In this document: piece by piece, positions 8,389 to 17,918 of the stretch
Numbering within the stretch: the first letter of the stretch is position 1
Layout: every line of letters starts with the position of its first letter
NCBI GenBank assembly: GCA_035301845.1
Contig: DATGTM010000081.1
Coordinates: 10,243-74,242, forward strand
Length of the DNA stretch: 64,000 nucleotides
Origin: Pseudogracilibacillus sp.
GTDB lineage: Bacteria; Bacillota; Bacilli; Bacillales; Amphibacillaceae
Direction of reading: 5' to 3'
The notes under the pieces: model-generated
Seen by the model: the letters and a program-made list of their open reading frames with translations, nothing else
Database searches by the model: none
Told to the model about the DNA's origin: nothing
Made by a program: the position numbers and the translations under genes

Positions 8389-10245
8389 TTATTTTAGATA
8401 CTCTGTGTAAAATCCCTTAGAGTGCCAGTCATCTCCAAACAGTGCATCATATTGAATGAGCCGGTAATCCTCTACCATATCTCGTAAATTATCCGGTAAA
8501 TCTTCGTCAAGTACTTCTCCTTCTTTTGTAACGACAAAATCCTTACCAATTCGTAACACATCTTCTTCCAATAGTTTGTCCATTAACGCGTAGTAAGGCG
8601 TTACGTAATAATCGCCCTCTTTAAGAAGAAAAGGTACAAAGAAAATCGGAGAAATTCCTTCAATATCTTTATCTGTAGAAGCCCGTTGATGGTTCATATA
8701 CAAAAACCAAGGAGTTTCGTGAATATTATCTTCACCAAATTCATTTTCCATGCCTTCGAACAATCTTGGGAAATGATCTCCATAAAGAATTAAGTTTACA
8801 TCATTTTTTTCATCATCTATTTGATTTACGAGCTTTTCAACTGCATAATCAGTTGCTTTTATTGCTTGTAAATAATTAAAAAGTTCTTCTTGCAAATCTT
8901 CGGGATATACGCTTTTGTTTATTTTCGGTTCATATTCCACTTCTTTCACTTCTTTTTTATAAGGCGCATGGTTTTGCATCGATAAAACATGTAGCAAACC
9001 GACGTTTTTATTATCTAACACCCGAAAGATGTCTTTATTAAGCGAGTTGTCTGAAATGCGGATCATATCCCCTAGCTTTTCTTTATATTTTATTCCGTGG
9101 TTTAAATACAAAAATTTGTCCATTCCAATCGCTTCATATATTTCTTGTCTATTATATAAATTTGCAGTATAGGGATGCAGTGCAATATTTTTCTTTTTGG
9201 TTAAATCTAAAAACGTATGATGATTATTGGAATCTAAATAGAAGTCAGAATACGGCGTCGTTACTAAAGGTTGATCAAATACTTCTGTGCTAAAGGAAGT
9301 GAGTACAGACCATTCTAAATTGGCTGTCCCCCCTCCCATAAATTGACTGTACATTGTCCCACCAACGTTTTCATTGATTATTTTTTCTGTTACTGGAAGA
9401 GGGCTTTCGTTTTCCAATAAATCCGGAACACGTTTCGGATCCATTAAAGACTCACTTAAATATAAAATTGTTTGTGACTTATCAACAGACTCTGCTCTGT
9501 CTTCATTTATTTCTTGTGCTGCATGCGTGTATTTTTCGTATATTTTCTTCATGTTTTTCTTCTTATACCCTTTAGGTTTTTGCATGTAATGAGGTTTTAC
9601 AGTATCCATAAATGCTGGGATAAACCCGTCTTGTTGTGCTTGTTTGACTGGATTAAAATTATGCGTATTTTCTGTTTCAAAATGCAATATTTTATTATTA
9701 TATTGATTTGGTTTTATAAAAATAACGATTATTAAAGCAATAGAGATGATGCATAGGCTAAGTCTGATTTTCTTATTCGGTAAGAGGTTCCTTTTAGCCT
9801 GGCATTTTCGAATGAAACGCAAAAAACCGTAGATAACCAGAAATATAACCAGAGCGATTATGATTGCAACTGGCATAGGTATACTAATAAAAGATAATAC
9901 TTCCTTTGGGTAGATAATAGTTTTCAGTTCCGAGTAAGTCAGGTATTCACTTCGTTCGGTCACTTTATAATAATTAGCTACAATTAGTCCAGTACATACT
10001 AAATCTGTCACAAATACACTACCAAGAGCTGTACCGAACAGACTATAAAAAAACAATGTAATAATAAAAATAAGCGATACACCATTATAAAAAGATTGGT
10101 TCACATGCTCAATGTCCATTTCAAAATGATCAAATAAACTTTTATTAAACCAATTGACAATTTCAATTGAGTTCACAATAAATAAGAGGATTACGAATAA
10201 AACATATATAATCCAAACAATATTCTTCTTCATTTTCATCTTCAT
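8389..10245 (-). CDS. LTA synthase (LtaS)/alkaline-phosphatase-superfamily membrane protein
   Basis: N-terminal TM helices, then LSESLMDP, GGGTANLEW (Thr nucleophile), SMQNHAPY, YGDH.P, HETP. Start codon uncertain (10233-10278). Confidence 0.85.
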   Translation of the reverse strand: MKMKMKKNIVWIIYVLFVILLFIVNSIEIVNWFNKSLFDHFEMDIEHVNQSFYNGVSLIFIITLFFYSLFGTALGSVFVTDLVCTGLIVANYYKVTERSEYLTYSELKTIIYPKEVLSFISIPMPVAIIIALVIFLVIYGFLRFIRKCQAKRNLLPNKKIRLSLCIISIALIIVIFIKPNQYNNKILHFETENTHNFNPVKQAQQDGFIPAFMDTVKPHYMQKPKGYKKKNMKKIYEKYTHAAQEINEDRAESVDKSQTILYLSESLMDPKRVPDLLENESPLPVTEKIINENVGGTMYSQFMGGGTANLEWSVLTSFSTEVFDQPLVTTPYSDFYLDSNNHHTFLDLTKKKNIALHPYTANLYNRQEIYEAIGMDKFLYLNHGIKYKEKLGDMIRISDNSLNKDIFRVLDNKNVGLLHVLSMQNHAPYKKEVKEVEYEPKINKSVYPEDLQEELFNYLQAIKATDYAVEKLVNQIDDEKNDVNLILYGDHFPRLFEGMENEFGEDNIHETPWFLYMNHQRASTDKDIEGISPIFFVPFLLKEGDYYVTPYYALMDKLLEEDVLRIGKDFVVTKEGEVLDEDLPDNLRDMVEDYRLIQYDALFGDDWHSKGFYTEYLK

Positions 10246-10615
10246 CAGCTCTTTTATCTCTATTTTCAAATAATTCAATTTTACTTTACATTCATATTAG
10301 CACATCATTTTCGTTTATTATATCCTTTTAATCAAATAGACTAACTTCAATTACTTTAGAACCAAATACTTTTAAAATAATGACGGTGCAAAAAATCTTT
10401 TTCAGCTGAACTTGCATTGTGTACACTGAAGACATAAAATACGGGATACAAAGAATCTATTATACAAGATATGGAAATTACAGACACTCTTTTGCTTCGA
10501 TTGATTTAGTTTGAGTTTTATCTACATTCCTCATACGATAATTACTTGGGTCGATTATATAGCAATTTGCGCATCAGCCTATTGCTTTGTCTATTATACG
10601 AGCGGAGGAAACATT

Positions 10616-12394
10616 ATGCTTACATTGATTAGAAATAGCTTGACTGATTTCAAAGAAAACATATCCATCTATCTTATCTTTGAATTTATTTATTCTGTTT
10701 TTGCAAGTTTACTTATTATACCGATATTAACATATACGTTTAATAAAATTTTTATGCTAATAGGTAAAGGTGATGCATTATTAAATAGTGACGTATACCA
10801 GATTGGCCTCAGTTTTAACGGGTTGATTGGCTTATTCATTATTGGGTTTCTGGCAATGATTGTTTTATTTTTAGAATTTGGCACATTAATTTTAATTGGA
10901 CACAAAAGATATTTTAATCAATCCGTATCGATTGCCGATTCTTTTGTAACTGCCTTAAAAAATCTGCCTAAGTTAATTGGTTTTGGTGTTTTTCCTTTAC
11001 TTTTCCTTTTACTATTAGGCGTTCCATTTCTAGATGTTGCTACACTTCCATCTTTACTGGACATTAATCGAGATATTTTATTTAGAGAGCTTTTCCAAGG
11101 GTCTTTACTGATTAAATTGATGTATCTTATCATTTTTTTAGCGATTATTTATTTATATGTTAGATGGATTTATGTGTTCCATTTCATCTTTATTGAAAAT
11201 AAATCGGTTACTCAAGCGGTAAAAGGAAGCTGGCGTTTGACCAAACGTCATAAATTACGGCTTGTTTTAACGTTCTTATTATTAAATATTCTGTTTATTG
11301 TTGTAAGTTTTTTAGCTATAACCGGTTTGTCTCAGCTCGGAAATCTAATAGAATCTAAAATAATTGGTGACTTTCTAGGTAATTACTTACAGTTGGCCAT
11401 CAGTTATGTTTCTATCCTGTTATCGTTATTCTTTATCCCTATCAATGTTATTTTATTAACCAGACTGTACTATACAACATTACAGAATGACCATGTGGCT
11501 GTTTATGATCAAGTGGAACTAAAAAAGAGTGCTTGGCTCCGCCCGCTGGAAGAAATCATTAATACATCATTTAAACGGCACAAAGGCTGGTTTATAACAA
11601 TTATTGCTGTCTCCATCACCGGTGTCATATTTATTAATGGTACGATTCAAAATTCTATTGTCTATCTCCCCTGGGATGTAGAAATTGCCGGTCATAAAGG
11701 AGATGGGTACCATAGCCCGGAAAATTCCGTATCCGGTGTAAAATCAGCTATTGCTAAAGGAGTCAGTACAGTAGAAATTGATGTAACTTTAACGAAAGAT
11801 AATGTGCTCGTGTTGAGCCATGATTTAGACTTGCAGCGAATCGCGAACAATCCAACTCAAATACAGGATATAACGTACGAAGAAATCAAAGATGTCGATA
11901 TTGGCAGTTCGTTTAGCGCAGATTTTGCCGGGGAAAAAATCCCATCACTTGATGAGATATTGAAAATCACTGAAGAACACCATACCGATGTGATTATTGA
12001 CGTGAAAATAGCCGATGATGAAGCCATATATGCTTCAGAAATCGCCAAGCTGGTGGATAAATATGACATGGAAGACCTTGTTTCGGTACAGTCGTTTAAT
12101 CCGGATTTTTTACAACTCATGCGCAAACAAAATGAGGAAATTAATCTAGGACAGATTTTATATTTGTTTGCAGGAAATTTAGCACAGATAGATGTTGATT
12201 TCTATACCGTCAGAGATACAATGCTTACCCAGCGATTCGTTGATCATGCAAAAGCAGAAAATCGGGAGATATGGGTATGGACCGTTAACAATCAACAAGA
12301 TATTAAAAAGGTATTATCTTATGATGTGGACGGGATTATTACCGACTATCCTGAACGCGTACAGCAAATCATCGGGGTGGATGAAGAGGAGTAA
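10616..12394 (+). CDS. Membrane-domain glycerophosphodiester phosphodiesterase
   Basis: Multi-TM N-terminus, then GHKG..PENS, EIDV..TKD..LVLSHD, WTVN, DGIITDYP. ATG chosen after GGAGGA. Confidence 0.92.
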   Translation: MLTLIRNSLTDFKENISIYLIFEFIYSVFASLLIIPILTYTFNKIFMLIGKGDALLNSDVYQIGLSFNGLIGLFIIGFLAMIVLFLEFGTLILIGHKRYFNQSVSIADSFVTALKNLPKLIGFGVFPLLFLLLLGVPFLDVATLPSLLDINRDILFRELFQGSLLIKLMYLIIFLAIIYLYVRWIYVFHFIFIENKSVTQAVKGSWRLTKRHKLRLVLTFLLLNILFIVVSFLAITGLSQLGNLIESKIIGDFLGNYLQLAISYVSILLSLFFIPINVILLTRLYYTTLQNDHVAVYDQVELKKSAWLRPLEEIINTSFKRHKGWFITIIAVSITGVIFINGTIQNSIVYLPWDVEIAGHKGDGYHSPENSVSGVKSAIAKGVSTVEIDVTLTKDNVLVLSHDLDLQRIANNPTQIQDITYEEIKDVDIGSSFSADFAGEKIPSLDEILKITEEHHTDVIIDVKIADDEAIYASEIAKLVDKYDMEDLVSVQSFNPDFLQLMRKQNEEINLGQILYLFAGNLAQIDVDFYTVRDTMLTQRFVDHAKAENREIWVWTVNNQQDIKKVLSYDVDGIITDYPERVQQIIGVDEEE

Positions 12395-12518
12395 GTCGGC
12401 TATGTAGGAAAGCTAAAATTGGTGACCTAAAGAATTAAATATGTTTTCTCAATTGTCAGTGAGAAGCATTTTCTACTCTGGTGGCACATAACTTGATTTT
12501 CTTAACTTTGTTCTCGAT

Positions 12519-12731
12519 GCGACAAATATTCCTGTTTTCTGGATTGGTTTGTCGTATTCGGCTCTTGAGATGACAAATATTCCTGTTTTCTGGATTGGTT
12601 TGTCGTATTCGGCGCTTGAGACGACAAATATCCCTGTTTTCTGGAGTGGTTTGTCGTATTCAGCTCTTGAGACGACAAATATTCCTGTTTTCTGGATTGG
12701 TTTGTCGTATTCAGCTTACATGTGACAAATC
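12519..12731. repeat. Tandem array of a 51-bp palindromic unit (4 copies plus partial fifth)
   Basis: Unit GACAAATATTCCTGTTTTCTGGATTGGTTTGTCGTATTCGGCTCTTGAGA(T/C) starts at 12521, 12572, 12623, 12674, with a degenerate start at 12724. Arms (AC)GACAAA / TTTGTC(GT). Confidence 0.95.
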
Positions 12732-12793
12732 CAGGTTTAAACAGTGGTCTCTTTCGTTCTTTCTATTAAAAAATTATCTTGCTTCATTGGTTA

Positions 12794-12836
12794 AAAAAAG
12801 CCTCCCACTTAGGTGCTACTAAAGTGGGAGGCTTTG
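12794..12836. terminator. Intrinsic terminator, likely bidirectional
   Basis: AAAGCCTCCCACTT / AAGTGGGAGGCTTT inverted repeat. Confidence 0.85.
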
Positions 12837-12893
12837 TCAGCTTTGTTTATTTATATTAAACATTAACTGTTGTACTATTTTACGTATAAACGC

Positions 12894-13304
12894 TCATCCT
12901 TGCTTTTTAGTTACCGAAACTCCTGCTTCATTAAATACAGCTTGTGCGGCTTTTAGCGCATTTAGCACACGAGGGAAGCCAACATACGGAAGCAAATGGA
13001 CGATGCTTCCCACCATTTCGTCTGGTGTTAAGCCAACTTGTAATCCCGTCTTGATATGCATTTCAATTTGTGGAGTTCCCTGAGCTACAAGCCCGGAGAT
13101 AGTTGTCAGTACTTTTTGTTTATTATCAATTCCAGGACGGGCATAAATATCTCCAAAAGCAAATTCTACAACATACTTTTCTAAATCAGGTGCAATGTCT
13201 TTAAAACCTTCCCCAATATCCATATGTCCTGTTGGATGATTTTCATCAGGAGAAGTTAACTCCATAATCTTGTCCCATCCTTTTTGATAACGATCTTCAG
13301 TCAT
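12894..13304 (-). CDS. Carboxymuconolactone decarboxylase family protein
   Basis: FAFGDIYARPG.D...K.L.TI..L.A.G..Q...H...L..G.T..E.....PYVGFPR.LNA. Confidence 0.9.
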   Translation of the reverse strand: MTEDRYQKGWDKIMELTSPDENHPTGHMDIGEGFKDIAPDLEKYVVEFAFGDIYARPGIDNKQKVLTTISGLVAQGTPQIEMHIKTGLQVGLTPDEMVGSIVHLLPYVGFPRVLNALKAAQAVFNEAGVSVTKKQG

Positions 13305-13470
13305 GTTTCTTTTCCTCCTTCAAGTCATATAAGCTATCCATTCTCTATGAGGTGCGGTTTCTCATGCTGTTAAAATGGTTTATCTTCTATCATACACGAA
13401 AAACACAAATATTTCTTATTTTTCAATTAAATACGTCTAGTCTCTATCACATCTCCACAATAATATTCAT

Positions 13471-14661
13471 TTAAAAACTGTACTCCGAAACAACATAACC
13501 TACTGCTTTTGCAGCAACCAGCAAAGCCGCTTCGTCTATATCAAATTTTGGATGATGGTTAAAATATGCTTCAACTACCTTTTCCGGTTTACATCCAATA
13601 TTGAAAAACACACCTGGAATTTTTTCTAAATAATACGCATAATCTTCAGAACCAGAAAAAGCTGGATACTCTTTTATCTCTTCGATGTCAGAATCCCCAA
13701 CTTGTTCCAAGATAGAAACAACTTGATCCATAACAGCAGGATGATTATATAAGGGAGGATAATCATCTTGATACGTCAGTTCACATTTCACTTGAAACTG
13801 TTCTTCCAATCCTCGGACAAGTTGATGAAATTCTTTTTGAATGACTTGTTGTACTTGTCTATCCATATAACGAACATCACCTTCAATTTCAATACTATCT
13901 TTAATGATATTAAACGAACCTTTTCCATCAAACGATCCAATCGTAATAACCCCCATATCAAAAGGATTCAACCTTCTGCTAACAATCGTTTGTACGGCCG
14001 TCACAAAGTGCGACCCGGCCACAATCGGATCATTCGCATTTTGCGGTGAAGAGCCGTGCCCGCCTTTCCCTTGTATATAGAGTTTGAAATAGTTGCGCCC
14101 TGCCATCGCTTGACCGCTTCGATATCCGATTGTACCTGCTGGATCTGTCGGAAATAAATGAGTACCGAAAATAACATCCAAATCATCTAAAGCTCCAGAC
14201 TCTACAATGCTTTTTGCACCACCAGGCGGGGTTTCTTCCGCATGCTGATGAATAATTTTTATCCTTCCAGCGATGGAGTCTTTTAAACTAATGAGACAAT
14301 CAGCGAGCACAAGCATATAAGCAGTATGTCCATCATGTCCACAAGCGTGCATCACACCTTCATTCTCTGATTGAAAAGAAAGACCTGTCTCTTCTATTAT
14401 TGGGAGTGCATCAAAGTCTGCTCTTAAGCCAACTGTTTTCCCAGGTTTACCCCCTTCTATCGTTACGATAATGCCATGTCCATTTCCTACTTCTGTTTGA
14501 ATATGTACATCTTTATCTTTATAAAAATCTGCAATATATTGTGCGGTATACTGCTCTTGAAAAGATAATTCCGGGTTACGATGTAAATGGCGTCTAATCT
14601 CGATCATTTCGCCTTCCCGGTCTTCCAACATTTTCATTAATTGGTTTTTCATTACCTTCAC
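13471..14661 (-). CDS. M20D family amidohydrolase
   Basis: RRHLH.NPELSF.E, LRADFDALPI, MHACGHDGHTA, HAEE, GKGGHGS.P, GSEDY, NHHPKFD. Confidence 0.93.
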   Translation of the reverse strand: MKVMKNQLMKMLEDREGEMIEIRRHLHRNPELSFQEQYTAQYIADFYKDKDVHIQTEVGNGHGIIVTIEGGKPGKTVGLRADFDALPIIEETGLSFQSENEGVMHACGHDGHTAYMLVLADCLISLKDSIAGRIKIIHQHAEETPPGGAKSIVESGALDDLDVIFGTHLFPTDPAGTIGYRSGQAMAGRNYFKLYIQGKGGHGSSPQNANDPIVAGSHFVTAVQTIVSRRLNPFDMGVITIGSFDGKGSFNIIKDSIEIEGDVRYMDRQVQQVIQKEFHQLVRGLEEQFQVKCELTYQDDYPPLYNHPAVMDQVVSILEQVGDSDIEEIKEYPAFSGSEDYAYYLEKIPGVFFNIGCKPEKVVEAYFNHHPKFDIDEAALLVAAKAVGYVVSEYSF

Positions 14662-14810
14662 TCCTTCTCTTTAATACTTTCCATATTATATTGTAACAAA
14701 AATTGTGAGTACTATGTCCATTCCAATTTTTCTTATAAAAATCCCCCTACCTCTTGTCTTAGACAAAAAATAAGGGGAGTGTTTACTTTCTATCAAGTTA
14801 TGCTATTTAC

Positions 14811-15824
14811 TTAAAAGATTAAAATAATAATGAAGTAAAAGGCCATAACAATCAACCCAATCGGAAATGCAATTCGTGCATATTCCATACTGGTTATTTT
14901 TAATTTTCCTGCAGCAATAATGTTCGGAATATTACCAGGAATTAGCATGCCTCCACTAATAATTAACCCTAATAAAATATCGCGAATCGTTAAATTACTC
15001 ATGGCCGGGCTAATTTCAGCTGCGGCGAGCGTTGCGTTATCTAATACAGCAGACACCATATTGATCCAGTATAAAATGAGGGGACTTAAATCAAGTAAAA
15101 ATCGCTCAATAAAAGGCTGGAACCCTGCTCCTAAAAATGTAAGGGCCATAACGAACAAATAAATTTTTAAGCTGCGGACCACAATCTCCGTATAAGACTC
15201 AACTTCAGATGGTTCATGGTTATCCGTTGTCGGCTTTTCGCTTTTCCCACTTACAAAAGCTGCTAGAAGTCCAAAAGCAATAACTCCTGGGATGACATAT
15301 ATAGCGAGCATTTTAAATAAATAGAAAAACTCCTCATTTAAATTCCCGGTGACGATGGTGGATAAAGGTTCTCCAATGGGAGTTAGTGCCGCGCCCATCC
15401 CGATTGCATAACAAGCTACAACTACTACAATACGTTCTGTCTTTTTATGTAAATGTAAAATGGATAAGACAGATACTAGAATAATCGCTGCTACAATTGC
15501 TGTTATAATACTCGAGAGCAGTGCGAGCACAATAACAAACAAACCCATAAACAAGCGAAACGGCATTGCTTCACTTATTTTTAGCACTGCTTGTTCAATA
15601 GTATTTTGAAACCAGCGAAACAACAAGCCAGCTACCAATACTGCCAAGGTGATATTAATGGGAGAAAGTAAAGCGTCTGTTAATAGTTCAGTAGTAAATG
15701 TCTGGCTGACAATTACAGAAGCTACGCCCATAATAAAAAGAAACACTTCTAAATTGGATTCTACTAATTTTGTAAATGGTAAAAACAAAACAAGTAACAA
15801 AATAACAATCAAGCCTATAATCAT
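14811..15824 (-). CDS. DUF1646 family membrane protein (putative cation transporter), paralog 1
   Basis: NLEVFLF.MG, GA.LTPIGEPLS.I, SAVLDNATLAAAEI, GGMLIPGNIPNII.A. Start after AAAGGAG matches the paralog N-terminus MIIGL. Confidence 0.88.
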   Translation of the reverse strand: MIIGLIVILLLVLFLPFTKLVESNLEVFLFIMGVASVIVSQTFTTELLTDALLSPINITLAVLVAGLLFRWFQNTIEQAVLKISEAMPFRLFMGLFVIVLALLSSIITAIVAAIILVSVLSILHLHKKTERIVVVVACYAIGMGAALTPIGEPLSTIVTGNLNEEFFYLFKMLAIYVIPGVIAFGLLAAFVSGKSEKPTTDNHEPSEVESYTEIVVRSLKIYLFVMALTFLGAGFQPFIERFLLDLSPLILYWINMVSAVLDNATLAAAEISPAMSNLTIRDILLGLIISGGMLIPGNIPNIIAAGKLKITSMEYARIAFPIGLIVMAFYFIIILIF

Positions 15825-15842
15825 GATGATACTCCTTTCCAT

Positions 15843-15948
15843 ATAAAAAACCTGTTACAAAAGGCATACGTATCCCTTTGTGACAGGCTCCTCCGAAATT
15901 TCAATATGATTTGAGAATAGTATAGCAGATATAGAGCTGCAAATACAA
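15843..15948 (-). promoter_or_regulatory. Promoter plus 5' leader with intrinsic terminator (candidate attenuator/riboswitch)
   Basis: Minus strand reads TTGTAT-18-(TG)TATACT, then ..TTCGGAGGAG-CCTGTCACAAAGGG..CCTTTTGTAACAGG-TTTTTT just before the RBS. Confidence 0.6.
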
Positions 15949-16098
15949 CTGTTTTTTAAACTTTATTTAAAATATTATCGAGAAAGCTTCACAAATACGT
16001 TTTCTTAGTATAAAAAGAGAAAAATGCTTTATACTAAAATAGAAACAGTTTTCATTAGTTTACTCTACAGATTGGGTAAAGAAAGGATGAACTCCCCC

Positions 16099-16383
16099 AT
16101 GTCCTATATTGCTAAGCAATCTTATAATAAAGTTATTCGCGAAATGAGCAGCATAGAACTTAAAAAATATACAGAAACAAGGTATCTCTATTTATATCAA
16201 GATAAAATCACGACAAAGTATAGAGAGTTCCCCATTTCTGAAATAATGGATCTCTCTTTTAAACAGATGCAAGGGGAAGGGGGTATATTGTTTTTGCACA
16301 CAAATCACGGAGTATACTCTTATCATGTCATTAATTCCCCTGCTGCTTTTATCGAAACGTGTAAACATCTTATCGGAAAATGA
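16099..16383 (+). CDS. Small hypothetical protein, PH-like beta pattern
   Basis: RBS GAAAGGA; sequence YLY.DKI...F.I.EI.DLS....G.LFLHT..G..SY.V. Fold is an inference. Confidence 0.75.
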   Translation: MSYIAKQSYNKVIREMSSIELKKYTETRYLYLYQDKITTKYREFPISEIMDLSFKQMQGEGGILFLHTNHGVYSYHVINSPAAFIETCKHLIGK

Positions 16384-16569
16384 TACCACCAATTAACTTG
16401 CTTCTAATTGAAGCAGGTTTTTTTGTAGTTTAATGAAACAGAAAAGAATTCTCGTCTGCTCCCCCTTATTGACTTCCTTCTCTGAGCTTATTCACCCGCC
16501 TTTAAAAGAAATACGTTTCTCTCTCCCTTTACAATATGTTACTTTTTATAATTTCATAGGTGTTCTCAC

Positions 16570-16598
16570 TTTACACAAAACCGTCCAGACGGTACAAT
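16570..16598 (+). promoter_or_regulatory. Sigma-A promoter with palindromic TetR-type operator
   Basis: TTTACA-17-TACAAT with ACCGTC-CA-GACGGT (16580-16593) in the spacer. Confidence 0.75.
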
Positions 16599-16627
16599 TA
16601 ATAAAGTATACAAAAAGGATGATGCTT

Positions 16628-17179
16628 ATGACTTCAAAAGCAGCAGAAAAAAGAACATTAATTTTAAATACAACGAAAGATTTTATCTTAAACCATGGTA
16701 TTAACGACTTAACTTTAGATCGTATAGTTCAACAAGCGGGGATTAGTAAAGGCGGCTTGTTGTACCATTATCCGAACAAATTAGCTTTACTGGAAGGTCT
16801 CACAGAAAGAGTATTTACTGATTTTGCTGAAAAAGTTTATCACGCAGCGGACGAAGATCAGGAACAGACTGGTAAATGGACGAGAGCACTTATTAAAGTG
16901 TCTGCAGAAGATTTGAAACAAAATGCAGAATTAAATATCGGTATCTTTACTTCTTCTCTTTTAGAAAGCAATGTTTCTGATATTTTACGACAATATCAAC
17001 TCCTGCTAAACAAACTGGAAGAAGATGATTTACCTAAAGCAACAGCAACGACTATCCGCTTAACACTGGATGGATTGTATTATAATCAAATTTTTAATAT
17101 TGCACCTTTAGATGATAATGAAATGGACGATATCATCCAAACATTACTACGTCAAACATATCCGGAGGTTCCATCATGA
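16628..17179 (+). CDS. TetR/AcrR family regulator
   Basis: HTH G...LTLD.I..AGISKGGLLYHYPNK..LL; C-terminal IRLTLDGLYY. Confidence 0.93.
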   Translation: MTSKAAEKRTLILNTTKDFILNHGINDLTLDRIVQQAGISKGGLLYHYPNKLALLEGLTERVFTDFAEKVYHAADEDQEQTGKWTRALIKVSAEDLKQNAELNIGIFTSSLLESNVSDILRQYQLLLNKLEEDDLPKATATTIRLTLDGLYYNQIFNIAPLDDNEMDDIIQTLLRQTYPEVPS

Positions 17180-17502
17180 TGATTTATCTATTACTGGGAT
17201 TCGCCATCATTTTCGAAGTGATTGGCAGCTCGCTAATGCGTTTGTCAGAGGGCTTTAAAAAAATAGCACCTACGATAGCAATGTTCTTATTTTATGCCCT
17301 GTCTTTTTACTTACTCTCCCGGTCCTTAAGCCACTTTTCCATTGGCTTTGCTTATGCCGTCTGGGCAGGTATTGGTACGGCGTTAACTGTTTTAGTTGGT
17401 GTAGCTGTTTTTAAAGAGTATTTTACATTTCAAAAGTTTTGTGGAATGATTTGTGTTATTGCAGGGGTTGTATTTCTGAATGCCACGGGCACAGGAGTTT
17501 AG
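17176..17502 (+). CDS. SMR family multidrug efflux subunit
   Basis: Four TM helices, conserved Glu (IFEVIG), AYAVWAGIGT. Confidence 0.92.
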   Translation: MMIYLLLGFAIIFEVIGSSLMRLSEGFKKIAPTIAMFLFYALSFYLLSRSLSHFSIGFAYAVWAGIGTALTVLVGVAVFKEYFTFQKFCGMICVIAGVVFLNATGTGV

Positions 17503-17517
17503 AAAGAGGTGTTTGAT

Positions 17518-17859
17518 ATGAAAGCTTACGTATGGTTAGCTGTCTCTATCGTATCCGAAACAATCGGTACAGTGATGTTGAAAATTTCAGAAGGTTTTAC
17601 CGTTATCACTCCTTCTATCGGAGTAGTAGTCAGTTATGCTTTATCCTTTTATTTATTGTCTTTGTGCTTAACTTACTTACCGTTAAGCCTGGCATATGCT
17701 ATCTGGGCAGGCACAGGGACAGCATTAACCGCTATTGCTGGCATCCTTATTTGGGATGAAGCTGCTACATTATTAAAAGGTATCGGCATCCTTTTAATTA
17801 TAGCCGGCGTAATTTTACTAAACATGAAGGACTTAAAACAAAGAAAGAAAACAGCATAG
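17518..17859 (+). CDS. SMR family multidrug efflux subunit
   Basis: Conserved Glu (VSETIGT), LK.SEGF, PLSLAYAIWAG.GT. Confidence 0.92.
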   Translation: MKAYVWLAVSIVSETIGTVMLKISEGFTVITPSIGVVVSYALSFYLLSLCLTYLPLSLAYAIWAGTGTALTAIAGILIWDEAATLLKGIGILLIIAGVILLNMKDLKQRKKTA

Positions 17860-17918
17860 TAAGACGGCTTAAAAGTGATTGGTCTTTAAAAATGGCTACA
17901 ATCACTTTTTTGTACTAT

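Noticed and set aside
12519-12731. CRISPR array
   Set aside because: Units are contiguous and near-identical along their whole length, there are no unique spacers, and no cas genes are in the window.
12595-12822. 75-aa ORF with 17-aa repeats
   Set aside because: By-product of the 51-bp repeat; no RBS, and it runs into the terminator.
7240-12836. Intact genomic island or prophage at tRNA-Val
   Set aside because: No integrase, no phage structural genes, and no duplicated tRNA 3' end (attR) seen.
16433-16627. N-terminal extension of TetR, or a guanidine riboswitch for the SMR pair
   Set aside because: The extension covers the promoter and operator. No ykkC-type motif was recognised, and TetR control explains the locus.
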